A stretch of 12,353 nt of DNA. It comes from Candidatus Acetothermia bacterium. Its GTDB lineage: Bacteria > Bipolaricaulota > Bipolaricaulia > M55B111. The translations under genes were made by a program, and so were the position numbers. Positions 1 through 8,714 of this stretch are shown in pieces. Position 1 is the stretch's first letter; each line of letters opens with the position of its first letter. The stretch lies in assembly GCA_046543235.1 (NCBI GenBank), contig JBKGZT010000038.1:1-12353 (forward strand). The letters are read 5' to 3'. The notes beneath the pieces were generated by a model that was not told the DNA's origin, searched no databases, and worked only from the letters and a program-made list of their open reading frames with translations.

Positions 1-138
1 CCGTTTTTCTTTGGTAACAAGCAGTTGATATGGACCAAAGTACAGAAACTGGCATCTAGACCACAGTCGCAGCTAATTTTCAGCTTTGGAAACCGTTCAG
101 GAAAATCCTATCGGAGGCGAGCGGGCACGGTTCCAGCT

Positions 139-753
139 CTACTCGCCTTCCCCTTCCTCTATCACCGTCAGTTCCCGACGGCACTCCGGACAGAGAATCC
201 TGATCCTATCGCTTCTGTGGCTCGGGCGCTCCTTTAACCTATCCCGGCGGGCGAGGTCGAGGTTTTCCAGGTAGGTCAGGAAAATACCCGGATTCGAGTA
301 AGCAACGTTTCCCAGCTTGTCGTACAGCCAGAGCAGGTGATCCCTGGTTCCGACTACTTCTCCACAGGCGTCACAAATTACCAGGTCCTTCTCGGTTTCG
401 GACCTCGGGCCCTCGTCCCCGCTAAACGACAGGGCGTATTCCCGCGAGAGCTCTATTCCTTCCCCCGTGGTACAGAACTTCTCGCACTGCCCACAGTAAA
501 TACATTCCTCCAGGTGGACGCTGAGCTTTCTCTCACCGCCAGCTCCATCCACCGAATCGTCCAGATGAATGGCATCCGCCGGACAGACGTGGTAGCAGCC
601 GCTACAGCCGACGCAACCGTCGGGCTGGTATTCCGGCGCTCCGCGGAAAGACGATGCCAGGTCGGCCTCCTCCTCCGGAAACCTGGAAGTAAACCTCCCT
701 GAAAATACGGCCCTTACTGCTTCTGCCAGCTCCCGGACCTTCGGTTTCTTCAT
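139..753 (-). CDS. NuoI/MbhN/HycF-like 2x[4Fe-4S] ferredoxin-like subunit of a group 4 hydrogenase, with an extra C-terminal CxxC...CxxC site
   Basis: 204 aa. It has an N-terminal FTSRFP...FRGAP signature, CVGCSGCYHVCP and CIYCGQCEKFCT motifs, and later CDAC and CPEC. The ATG overlaps the mnhG stop (ATGA), with SD GAGGAGG upstream. Confidence 0.9.
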   Translation of the reverse strand: MKKPKVRELAEAVRAVFSGRFTSRFPEEEADLASSFRGAPEYQPDGCVGCSGCYHVCPADAIHLDDSVDGAGGERKLSVHLEECIYCGQCEKFCTTGEGIELSREYALSFSGDEGPRSETEKDLVICDACGEVVGTRDHLLWLYDKLGNVAYSNPGIFLTYLENLDLARRDRLKERPSHRSDRIRILCPECRRELTVIEEGEGE

Positions 754-1076
754 GACTTATCCTCCTCGTATTTGTCGACCAGACTTCCTTCCCAGAGAGG
801 TATTCCGGATTCGTGGGCTCCGCGCGAAAGGGCGTGTGCCGCCGTAGGTGCAGTAATGACTATGAAGAGAATCGCGGCCAGAGCCTTCAAACCGGTGGGA
901 CTAACCCCTGAACTGATTAGGACGCCCAGGAGAATTGAACAGGTTCCCAGGGTAACGCATTTTGTAGCCCCCTGAAGCCTGTTATATACGTCTGGTAGCC
1001 TTATCAGGCCGATACAGCCGAACAAATTGAACAAAGTTCCGATGACTACTATCGCTTTTCCGGCTAGTTCACTCAT
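750..1076 (-). CDS. mnhG: Mrp/Mnh Na+/H+ antiporter subunit G (MbhC-like)
   Basis: GLIRLPDVYNRLQGATKCVTLG and TAPTAAHALSR are MnhG signatures. Start moved from 1106 to the ATG at 1076 (MSELAG...), which has GGAGGG upstream and overlaps the mnhF stop; 108 aa. Confidence 0.92.
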   Translation of the reverse strand: MSELAGKAIVVIGTLFNLFGCIGLIRLPDVYNRLQGATKCVTLGTCSILLGVLISSGVSPTGLKALAAILFIVITAPTAAHALSRGAHESGIPLWEGSLVDKYEEDKS

Positions 1077-1326
1077 CGAATTTCTTACCCTCCAGGTGTT
1101 TGGCAAGAGCAGTAGTGCCGATAAAACTCAACAACCCCCATGCCAGTGCGATGTTGAGGTAAAACGCCCTTTCAGTAATGAGCGTTAGAAGACCACAGAA
1201 TCCCACCACTAAAATACCCAGTATGTCTATTCCAACCATTCTATCGGCGGGGGTCGGCCCCGAACCTATCCTGTAAAGGCAGAGAAACGCGGATAAGGTC
1301 AGTAAACCGAGGCTGAAACTTATCAT
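1069..1326 (-). CDS. mnhF: Mrp/Mnh antiporter subunit F (MbhB-like)
   Basis: 85 aa hydrophobic protein with the YRIGSGPTPADRMVGID motif (GPtxxDR) and FIGTTALAKHL. ATGA overlap with mnhE; SD GGGGAGG. Confidence 0.92.
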   Translation of the reverse strand: MISFSLGLLTLSAFLCLYRIGSGPTPADRMVGIDILGILVVGFCGLLTLITERAFYLNIALAWGLLSFIGTTALAKHLEGKKFDE

Positions 1327-1859
1327 TCGAATATCCTCCCCAGTAACGGTTCGAACCTGCCCACGATTTCGCGGGTTGAAGCTTCGACGTCCGTGGAACT
1401 GATGTTAATCCAGTGGACGTAGAGATAGCCGTCTTCGGAGATATCGACTGTCATCGTCCCCGGAGTCAAGGTAATCGAATTCGCCAGCGCCGTTCTGGCC
1501 GAGTCGCTTTCCAGATCAGTTTCGACCTTTACTATACCCGGGTTAATCGGCACGTCCGGGTGCAAAACCCGGAAAGCGACGTCAAAATTGGCCACCACTA
1601 CCCACCAGGCAAGAACGAAGACGTAACAGCCGGCCCAAAAATATCGAACCAAGTTCAACCCTTTTCCGGGGTGCTCGGTCGCCAAACCTTCCAGGAGTAC
1701 TCCGGACAGGCCGGCAACAACGGCTCCAGCAACTACCATTGGCCAGCTCACGGGGCCGAAAGGCCAGGTAAATAAAAGCCAGACCCCAAAGGTCAACGAG
1801 AAGACGAAGAGAATTCTGGAAAACTTCGTATTCTTTCCAGCTTTTTCCACTGTAATCAC
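1323..1859 (-). CDS. mnhE: Mrp/Mnh antiporter subunit E (MbhA-like)
   Basis: PGIVKV...LANSITLTPGTMTVD...LYVHWI is the MnhE signature. The GTG start at 1859 lies 4 nt after the mnhD stop and has a weak SD, so the exact start is uncertain. Confidence 0.9.
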   Translation of the reverse strand: MITVEKAGKNTKFSRILFVFSLTFGVWLLFTWPFGPVSWPMVVAGAVVAGLSGVLLEGLATEHPGKGLNLVRYFWAGCYVFVLAWWVVVANFDVAFRVLHPDVPINPGIVKVETDLESDSARTALANSITLTPGTMTVDISEDGYLYVHWINISSTDVEASTREIVGRFEPLLGRIFE

Positions 1860-1863
1860 CCAA

Positions 1864-3369
1864 TTATAAGCCCAGGACCAGTTCCGTATATCGGGTACCT
1901 TCCTGTAAAGCCGTGGCGGCCGGCTTTAATACTATCCCCCGAATTTCAGGCAGATATAGCAACCCAAGACCGACACAGCAGATAGCCAAAATTACCAGCG
2001 GGATGTACAATCCGGGAGAAATCGTCCCGGATAGCCCGGCCTCGTCGGTAATCTCACCCAGAAATAGCTCCTTTTGAACTTTGAGATAATAGGCAAGGGT
2101 GACCGCGCTTGTAATCAGGACGATCCCGGCCAGGGCGTACATTTCACCCCAGATAGCCGCTATGACTATTACCAGCTTGCTCCAGAATCCGTTAAATGGA
2201 GGAATCCCCGATATCGATAGCGTACCTATTGTTCCTGTCGCGCCGGAAACGGGACTAACCCGGGTTATCCCACCGATTTCCCTCAGATCCCTCGTCCCGT
2301 AAAGCTTTTCAACGCCACCGCTAAACAGGAACAACAGGGATTTGTAAGTTGCGTGGTTGACCAGATGAAATATCCCGCCTATCAGTGCCAGAGTCGCTAT
2401 AGCCGGTTTATCTTGAGCAATCAGGGTTCCACCCATGCCGAGCCCAAGCGTGATATAACCCATCTGAGAGACGCTTGAATAAGCCAGCAACCTCTTGAGG
2501 TCCTTCTGCCCCAGCGCGATCATACCCCCGATAAACATCGACCCCGCCCCGATCCAGGTCAATATCCCCGGTGCCAGCTCCGGCAGATTGAGACCGTTAA
2601 ACAACAATCTCGCCAGGGCGTAGATACCGAGGACCTTTATCAGCACCCCTGACAGCATGGCTGAAATCGGCGTCGGGGCTGAAGAATGAGCATCCGGCAA
2701 CCACGAGTGGAACGGAACGAACGCAGCTTTGAGACCGAAGCCGACGATAAACAGGGCGGTACTGAGGAAGATAAAGGACTCCTGCTCCAGCTCGCTCACC
2801 CTGACGGAGATATCCGCGATGTTGAGCGAGCCGACCGAACCGTAGAGCAACGCTATACCCAGCAATATGAATATAGACCCCACGGCTCCCATAACGAGGT
2901 ACTTGAAGGAGGCCTCTATCTCCTCCGGGCCTCGATTGAACCCGACGAGCGCGTAGGAGCTTATCGCGGCGACTTCGAGGTAGACGTACATGTTGAAGAC
3001 GTCCCCGGTGAGCGCTACACCGTAGATTCCGGCCAGCATTAGCGAAAACAACCCGTAGAACTTACCCTGGTTTTCGTACTCGCTCATGTAGGTGAAAGAA
3101 AACAGGGCAGTTACGAGAGCTATCGCGCTTATCACTACCAGCAACAACGAGCTAAGACCGTCCAGGACGTAATTGATCCCTACCGGGGGAGGCCAGCCGG
3201 CCAACCTGTAGATCCCCCGATCACCGAATTTTACCAGGGAAAGCGCAAGCAAGAACCCGGTTTGAAGGATCATGGCCCCGGCAAATAACCTGGTCCGCTC
3301 CTTAAATTTTTCTATCAGCGGCAACAGAAAACCGATACCCAGCGGTACTGCCACGAACAATGGGAGCAT
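1864..3369 (-). CDS. mnhD: Mrp/Mnh antiporter subunit D (MbhH/NuoN-like proton-translocating subunit)
   Basis: 501 aa polytopic protein with GDVFNMYVYLEV (TM5 Glu), GLKAAFVPFHSWLPDAH, SAMLSGVLIKV, DLKRLLAYSS, NHATYKSLLF and GIPPFNGFWSK. SD GAGGGGG. Confidence 0.92.
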   Translation of the reverse strand: MLPLFVAVPLGIGFLLPLIEKFKERTRLFAGAMILQTGFLLALSLVKFGDRGIYRLAGWPPPVGINYVLDGLSSLLLVVISAIALVTALFSFTYMSEYENQGKFYGLFSLMLAGIYGVALTGDVFNMYVYLEVAAISSYALVGFNRGPEEIEASFKYLVMGAVGSIFILLGIALLYGSVGSLNIADISVRVSELEQESFIFLSTALFIVGFGLKAAFVPFHSWLPDAHSSAPTPISAMLSGVLIKVLGIYALARLLFNGLNLPELAPGILTWIGAGSMFIGGMIALGQKDLKRLLAYSSVSQMGYITLGLGMGGTLIAQDKPAIATLALIGGIFHLVNHATYKSLLFLFSGGVEKLYGTRDLREIGGITRVSPVSGATGTIGTLSISGIPPFNGFWSKLVIVIAAIWGEMYALAGIVLITSAVTLAYYLKVQKELFLGEITDEAGLSGTISPGLYIPLVILAICCVGLGLLYLPEIRGIVLKPAATALQEGTRYTELVLGL

Positions 3370-3375
3370 TCTTTA

Positions 3376-3726
3376 TTACCCCCTCAACTTCCGTATTTCC
3401 GTGATGTCGAAGGTTCCGTAGTGCTGGTATAACCTTACGGCCAGAGCAACCATCAGTGCCACGACGCCCAGGCTAATTACTATCGAAGTAATTACCAGTG
3501 CTTGAGGCAGGGGATCCACGGCAGTACTCAAGAACTCCTGAACCGATGCCTCTTCCGAGATAATCGGTGCCTCTCCCGACATCCTGTACCCGATCAGGAT
3601 AAGAAAGGCGTTCACGGCGTGCTCCATGATGATTATACCCATGATTATCTTAATCAAGTTCCTCTTGTTTATGACGCTGTAAAGCCCGACGGCAAACAGG
3701 ATAAACGCAAGCAGATAGGTAAACAT
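3376..3726 (-). CDS. mnhC: Mrp/Mnh antiporter subunit C (MbhG/NuoK-like)
   Basis: KRNLIKIIMG and DPLPQALVITSIVI signatures. Start moved from 3804 to the ATG at 3726 (MFTYLL...), 1 nt after the mnhB stop with SD GAGGAGG; 116 aa. Confidence 0.93.
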   Translation of the reverse strand: MFTYLLAFILFAVGLYSVINKRNLIKIIMGIIIMEHAVNAFLILIGYRMSGEAPIISEEASVQEFLSTAVDPLPQALVITSIVISLGVVALMVALAVRLYQHYGTFDITEIRKLRG

Positions 3727-3727
3727 C

Positions 3728-4171
3728 TCAATCCTCCTCGATAGCCCGGAACGTAGCGAGAAAGGCAAAAACCATGAAGATCGAGCCGCCGACCTTGAAC
3801 CCAATTGCGAGGTTGATTATCGGCATGTTGCCACCGCTCAACAGGCCAAACGGTTCTCCCGGAAATCCCGACTGAATAAAATTACTCAGGAAGGCTCCGC
3901 CGAAGACGTAACCAAGAAATCCCATGCAGAGAAACGAGAGAGAGGCAAGGCTATCCGTTATTTCGGCAGCCCCGGTATCAAAAACCCCGTCCACCTTCTC
4001 CTTCCCAAACGCCAGGGTAAGCAGAATAAAGCAACCGGCGATGATCACGCCACCGGGAAAGCCTCCACCCGGAGTCAGATGCCCGGTCAGAGCTATATAG
4101 ATCCCGAAGGCGATTATAAACGGAGCGACCCAGCGGGTAACCGTCTTTACGATCTTGCTCATTCCGCTCAT
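3728..4171 (-). CDS. mnhB: MnhB-domain antiporter subunit (MbhF-like)
   Basis: 147 aa with GHLTPGGGFPGGVI and a C-terminal NLAIGFKVG, both typical of MnhB. SD GGGGAGGAG. Confidence 0.9.
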   Translation of the reverse strand: MSGMSKIVKTVTRWVAPFIIAFGIYIALTGHLTPGGGFPGGVIIAGCFILLTLAFGKEKVDGVFDTGAAEITDSLASLSFLCMGFLGYVFGGAFLSNFIQSGFPGEPFGLLSGGNMPIINLAIGFKVGGSIFMVFAFLATFRAIEED

Positions 4172-4173
4172 CT

Positions 4174-4716
4174 TTACTCCTCCCCTTCGTAGAAAACTTC
4201 CTTCCGCAGCAGCGTGATAGCACCGAGAATAGCGGCAAAGAGCACTGTCGCCTCACCCAGCGTATCGTAGGCCCGGAAGTCCATCAGGATGTCGTTAACT
4301 ATGTTCGAGCCGCCGGCCGCATCCAGTCCGGATTCCAGGTAAAACCCACTGGCCGTTTCGGAAAAGGTATCCATGGCGGCTTCGCCGAACTCGGGAAAAA
4401 CGCTGAGGTAATTGGCGAAAAAGGCCGAACCGAGACCAAATAGAACCAGACTTCCAATTAACATCGGCTTGCCCTCGTTTCCCCTGATTTCCGTTACGCC
4501 TTTACCGATCGTGGCCCTGATAAGAATTACCAGCGTCAAGATCTCTACTACTACCTGAGTAATGGCGATATCCGGAGCTCCCAGCCAGAGAAAAGCGATA
4601 CTCAGCCCAAAACCCACCGCTCCAAGGGAAATTATGGAAGAAAGCGTGGAAGGAGCCTCTACGGCAATCAGAGCGGCAATTATCGTAAAGACCAGAAAGA
4701 CCTGAATGAGAACCAT
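4174..4716 (-). CDS. DUF4040 / MbhD+MbhE-like membrane subunit (corresponds to the C-terminal part of MrpA)
   Basis: 180 aa. LGAPDIAITQVVVE (MbhD/DUF4040) is followed by GGSNIVNDILMDFRAYDTLGEATVLF (the MbhE/MrpA 'NxVnxIlxDfRxxDTxxE' motif). Confidence 0.88.
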   Translation of the reverse strand: MVLIQVFLVFTIIAALIAVEAPSTLSSIISLGAVGFGLSIAFLWLGAPDIAITQVVVEILTLVILIRATIGKGVTEIRGNEGKPMLIGSLVLFGLGSAFFANYLSVFPEFGEAAMDTFSETASGFYLESGLDAAGGSNIVNDILMDFRAYDTLGEATVLFAAILGAITLLRKEVFYEGEE

Positions 4717-4729
4717 CCTACCAACCCCG

Positions 4730-6601
4730 TTATTGAGTAGTTAGAAGCCAGAGTACTACGATCAGACCGGCAAACACCCACACCAGATAACGCGAGAGCA
4801 ACCCGTTATGCGCTCGGCGTAACGACCTGGTAAAAGCCTTCCCCACCCAGTTAGTGACCACGTAGGGATCGATGAACTTACGCTCTTCCGCGACGTAGAT
4901 CCAGTTGACCAGCCTCGAATTCCTCACGCTTTTATATATCTCGGAAGGGTTTGCGCCAAAATCCAGGTCCTCGAGATAGGGGAAGTACTTGTCCCTGTCG
5001 ATCGTTTCCGCGTTCTCGCCTCCGAGAAAAGCCGGCTTCCTGCTGGACCGCTTTTTAAGGCCGAAGAGGGCATATATAGCAACCCCAACTACTATAGCAC
5101 CAATCAGGAAAGCCGCAGCCATGTAGCCGACCCACGTACCCGTGAATAGAGGTATCCCACCTAAAATCGGCCTGACTGTATCCAGCAACAGGCGCGGGTA
5201 TACGCCGAGGCCGATGCATAGTAGGGCAGGCACAGCCACGGCCGTCTTCATCCACCCATCGGGATACCTCTTCACCTCGCTCTCTTTCTCTCCAAAAAAA
5301 GCCGAAAACAGGAACTTCGAAATGTAGATAACCGACAGCGTACTACCGAACAATGCCGCCACCAGAATAAACGGGGCAAAGTTTCGCTCGAATCCGATGG
5401 AAGCCTGGTACAGCACCCACTTGGAGTAAAACCCGTTTAGCGGCGGAACTCCCGCAAGGGAGAGCGCACCGACCGAGGTCGAGGCAAATACCAGAGGTAA
5501 TTCCTTACCCAGGCCTCCCATCTCGTCCAGTTTCCTGGTACCCGTGACGTAGACGACTATTCCCGCCCCAAAGAAGAGCAACCCCTTGAAGAGGGCGTGG
5601 TTAATCAGGTGAATCACCCCTCCGGCTATTCCCAGGCCGGTGCCAATACCTATTCCTACCATGATATAGCCTACCTGCGATATGCTGGAATAGGCAATCA
5701 GCCGTTTTAGATCGTTCTGAACTATCGCCAGCAGTCCACCGATCACGATCGTAAAGGCCCCTATTACTGCCAGCGCGCTGCCCCAGGCAGGGGAAGTCTC
5801 GAACAATTCCCAGAAGATCCTGAGGATCCAGAACAGGCCGACCTTTATCATAATCCCGGAAAGGAGGGCGGAAATCGGAGAAGGGGCCTCCGGGTGGGCA
5901 TCGGGCAGCCAGGAGTGAATCGGGAAGAATGCCCCCTTTACGCCGAAACCGAGCAGGAACAGTGCCAGGATCGCAAGTCCCGTCCCGGAACCGGCAGGGT
6001 TGATCCCCTGGAGGCCGCTCAACTGGGTCGTCCCCAGAGTTACCCAGGCCAGCACGATCCCCGCGAGAATCGCCAGGGCGCCGATCTCGCTCATCAGGAA
6101 GTACTTGTTACCAGCTTTGACGGAGTTCGGGGTCCGTTCGAAGGTAATGAGAAAGTACGCCGCGAGGGTCATTAACTCCCAGAAGACGAACATCGTAAAG
6201 AGCTCCGTAGCCATCACTGCCCCGATCATCCCACCCATGAAACCCAGGAGAAGCCCGTAATACTTGTTCTCGTTCGTCGGTTCCTCGTACCTCTCCAGAT
6301 ACCTCATCGAGAAGGCCGAGGCGAGAAAACAGAACAGCGAGATCAACGAAACCATTAGAAGAGACAGGGGGCCAAGCCCAAACGAAATTACGATTCCACC
6401 GACTTCCTTGCTGAAAAACTCCAGGCTACCGGATTGAACGGCGGGGAAGAAGGAAAGGGAGAAACCGAAAACCCCCAGAGTCACCACCGAGGGAATGATA
6501 TTCCGTAACTTCTGACTTACTCTGCCCGCTATCCAGGCCACGGGACCACCTACCAGAGGAAAGAAGAGCAGTCCCAGGCCGTAAACCCCTATTTCACTCA
6601 T
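4730..6601 (-). CDS. Large antiporter-like proton-translocating subunit (HyfB/NuoL/MrpA-MrpD family) with a NuoL-like C-terminal extension
   Basis: 623 aa with FVFWELMT, GVKGAFFPIHSWLPDAHPEAPSPISALLSGIMIKVG, DLKRLIAYSSISQ, NHALFKGLLF and GVPPLNGFYSKW. It ends in AHNGLLSRYLVW plus a hydrophobic helix. SD GGAGGAGGT. Confidence 0.9.
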   Translation of the reverse strand: MSEIGVYGLGLLFFPLVGGPVAWIAGRVSQKLRNIIPSVVTLGVFGFSLSFFPAVQSGSLEFFSKEVGGIVISFGLGPLSLLMVSLISLFCFLASAFSMRYLERYEEPTNENKYYGLLLGFMGGMIGAVMATELFTMFVFWELMTLAAYFLITFERTPNSVKAGNKYFLMSEIGALAILAGIVLAWVTLGTTQLSGLQGINPAGSGTGLAILALFLLGFGVKGAFFPIHSWLPDAHPEAPSPISALLSGIMIKVGLFWILRIFWELFETSPAWGSALAVIGAFTIVIGGLLAIVQNDLKRLIAYSSISQVGYIMVGIGIGTGLGIAGGVIHLINHALFKGLLFFGAGIVVYVTGTRKLDEMGGLGKELPLVFASTSVGALSLAGVPPLNGFYSKWVLYQASIGFERNFAPFILVAALFGSTLSVIYISKFLFSAFFGEKESEVKRYPDGWMKTAVAVPALLCIGLGVYPRLLLDTVRPILGGIPLFTGTWVGYMAAAFLIGAIVVGVAIYALFGLKKRSSRKPAFLGGENAETIDRDKYFPYLEDLDFGANPSEIYKSVRNSRLVNWIYVAEERKFIDPYVVTNWVGKAFTRSLRRAHNGLLSRYLVWVFAGLIVVLWLLTTQ

Positions 6602-7793
6602 CTAGGACCTCCTCCAGTGGACTTTTCTTCAGCCCTAGCTCCTCCTTTAACTCCTCCGTTTTTTCGTGACTTGCTTTCATCAGGTCGACCCCTTTCCTTC
6701 CCTTCAGACTGATGGCCCGTTCCGTGCAGCTATAACAGGGATCGACGGAAGCCAGAATAATCGTGGCATCGGCCACCGTCTCGCCTATACACGTCGCCTT
6801 GTACGTCGGGAAATTCATAAAGGTAGGAGCGCGAATTTTGTGACGAACCGGCCTGTTCGTTCCGTCGCTCTCTACGTAGTGGAAGCATTCCCCTCGAGGG
6901 GCTTCGTAGTTCCCTATACCCTCTCCCGGCGGTACCTTCTCCGGTTCGGAATCGATTGGACCGTCTTCGGGGATTTCTTCGATAACCTGCTCCACCATCT
7001 TTATCGATTCCAGGGTTTCCAGCAGCCGGACCTCCACCCTCGCCAGGACGTCACCTGCCTCCCGGGTAATCACGTTCCAGTCCAGATCATCGTATACGCC
7101 GTACGGATAATCGGTTCTGACGTCTATAGGGATTCCCGAGGCCCGGACCGTCGGACCCAGCGCACCGTAGGCACGGGCATCTTCCTCGGCCAGTATCCCC
7201 ACTCCCTCGAGCCGGGCCTTCATGACCGGGTCGTCCAGCACGGCGTCGTACAGCATCTCCGACTTTTCCTTCAGGGTGTCCAGAGTTGGTTTCACTTCTT
7301 CCAGTTGCCCCGGGTCGATTTCCCTCTGAACGCCACCCGGCTTCATCATAGCGTAGGCGTTTCTGTTCCCCGTAAGGGTTTCCAGGATATCAAGCACGTC
7401 CTCTCGATACTTCCAGGCCCACATAAACACGGTATCGTAGCCGATAAAGTGTCCGGCCAGACCGGCCCAGAGAAGGTGAGAATGAATCCTCTCCAGTTCA
7501 CCGATCAGCGTCCTTATGTATTTGGCTCTTTCCGGGACCTCTATACCTCCGCAGTCTTCGACGGCCAGACAGTAAGCGTAAGGGTGAGAATGAGAACATA
7601 TCCCACAGACACGTTCTACGAGGAAGGGAACCTGGTTGAACGTCTTCTTCTCGGATAGCTTTTCTATTCCCCGGTGGTTATAGCCAATCTGGACGTCCAC
7701 GTCCAGCACTTCCTCTTCTTCAACCGTCAGGAGATAATGCTCGGGTTCCTCCTGCAAAGGATGGTACGGTCCGATGGGTACGGTAGTAGCCAT
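6594..7793 (-). CDS. Group 4 [NiFe]-hydrogenase large (catalytic) subunit, MbhL/EchE/NuoD-like
   Basis: Contains IGPYHPLQEEP, GYNHRGIEK, the L1 motif ERVCGICSHSH (RVCGIC at 7596-7613), ELERIHSHL, EAPRGE and the L2 motif DPCYSCTER (6717-6743), followed by a 40-aa tail. The ATG at 7793 is preferred over the GTG at 7802 because GGAGG directly abuts that GTG. Confidence 0.95.
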   Translation of the reverse strand: MATTVPIGPYHPLQEEPEHYLLTVEEEEVLDVDVQIGYNHRGIEKLSEKKTFNQVPFLVERVCGICSHSHPYAYCLAVEDCGGIEVPERAKYIRTLIGELERIHSHLLWAGLAGHFIGYDTVFMWAWKYREDVLDILETLTGNRNAYAMMKPGGVQREIDPGQLEEVKPTLDTLKEKSEMLYDAVLDDPVMKARLEGVGILAEEDARAYGALGPTVRASGIPIDVRTDYPYGVYDDLDWNVITREAGDVLARVEVRLLETLESIKMVEQVIEEIPEDGPIDSEPEKVPPGEGIGNYEAPRGECFHYVESDGTNRPVRHKIRAPTFMNFPTYKATCIGETVADATIILASVDPCYSCTERAISLKGRKGVDLMKASHEKTEELKEELGLKKSPLEEVLDE

Positions 7794-7794
7794 A

Positions 7795-8253
7795 TCATTC
7801 ACCCTCCAGGTCCTCTACCTCGAAGTCCTTTCGGTAAGGAAAGTCATTGTCCCCGACCGATTCCGCCTTGAGCAACCTTTTTTGAGCCGGATGGTTCTCG
7901 AACTCGATCCCGAACATCTCCCGTACTTCCCGCTCTATCCACTCCGCCCCCGGTATGGTTTTCGCTATGCTCTCCGTTGAAGGCTCCTCGTCTTTCTCCA
8001 CGGGAAGCTTAACCGTAACCATTACCCCCCGCTCGTCAAGGGAAAAATGGTAGAGGAGCTTGAATTCTTCCTCTTCATCCTTACAAGTTATCGTGGCCAG
8101 CCTGCCGCCCTTCTCCTCTAACAGGAACTCGACAAGTTTTTCGAATATCTCCGGTTCCGGGCTGATGTAAAGCCTCCTACGGCCCTTGTTCGCCTTACCG
8201 AGTTTCCAACCAAACCTGCCCCTCAGCTCCTCTTCGAATTCGGCAGAATTCAT
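7795..8253 (-). CDS. NuoC/MbhK-like (complex I 30 kDa family) hydrogenase subunit
   Basis: RLATITC, LLYHF and SIAKTIPGAEWIEREVREMFGIEFENHP...RLL match the NuoC signature. Start moved from 8325 to the ATG at 8253 (MNSAEF...), which gives an ATGA overlap with the upstream stop; 152 aa. Confidence 0.9.
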   Translation of the reverse strand: MNSAEFEEELRGRFGWKLGKANKGRRRLYISPEPEIFEKLVEFLLEEKGGRLATITCKDEEEEFKLLYHFSLDERGVMVTVKLPVEKDEEPSTESIAKTIPGAEWIEREVREMFGIEFENHPAQKRLLKAESVGDNDFPYRKDFEVEDLEGE

Positions 8254-8696
8254 ACTCCCACTTCCCTGAGTCGATCGAGACCGGCATCCAGTCCCTCGAT
8301 TATCGCCTCCGGTCGAGGGGGGCAACCCGGGATGTTTACCACGGTCAAGTCCTCGTCGACGTCCCCGATCACTTCCCTAACCGGACCGACGCAGTTGTAG
8401 GCATCGTAAAATATCCCCTTCGAACAGGCGCACGTCCCCACGGCCGCGACGATAAACGGTCTGGCCGAAGCTTCGAGGATCCTCTCAAAACGCGGTTTCG
8501 ACTTTCTGGTAATCGGACCGGTAACCATCAGCACGTCGGCGTGTCTCGGCGAGCCGACGAGTTTTCCGCCGACCCGCTCGACGTCGAACTTCGGAGTCAG
8601 GCAATCGACTATCTCTATGTCACAGTTGTTACAGGAACCCGTATTTACGTGATAGAGCCAGGGAGACTTGCTTATCCCCCAACTTTTCCAGTTCAT
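8250..8696 (-). CDS. Group 4 hydrogenase small subunit, NuoB/MbhJ-like, with one proximal [4Fe-4S] cluster
   Basis: 148 aa with GSCNNCDIE, SPRHADVLMVTG, VGTCA and IPGCPPRPEAI. The CxxC spacing is hydrogenase-type, not the tandem CC of complex I NuoB. SD GGAGGT. Confidence 0.94.
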   Translation of the reverse strand: MNWKSWGISKSPWLYHVNTGSCNNCDIEIVDCLTPKFDVERVGGKLVGSPRHADVLMVTGPITRKSKPRFERILEASARPFIVAAVGTCACSKGIFYDAYNCVGPVREVIGDVDEDLTVVNIPGCPPRPEAIIEGLDAGLDRLREVGV

Positions 8697-8714
8697 TGAA
8701 CCGATACCTCCGTA

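Noticed and set aside
6666-7658. 330-aa plus-strand ORF antisense to the large subunit
   Set aside because: It lies wholly opposite a highly conserved gene and has no recognisable motif. Long antisense shadow ORFs are common with biased codon usage.
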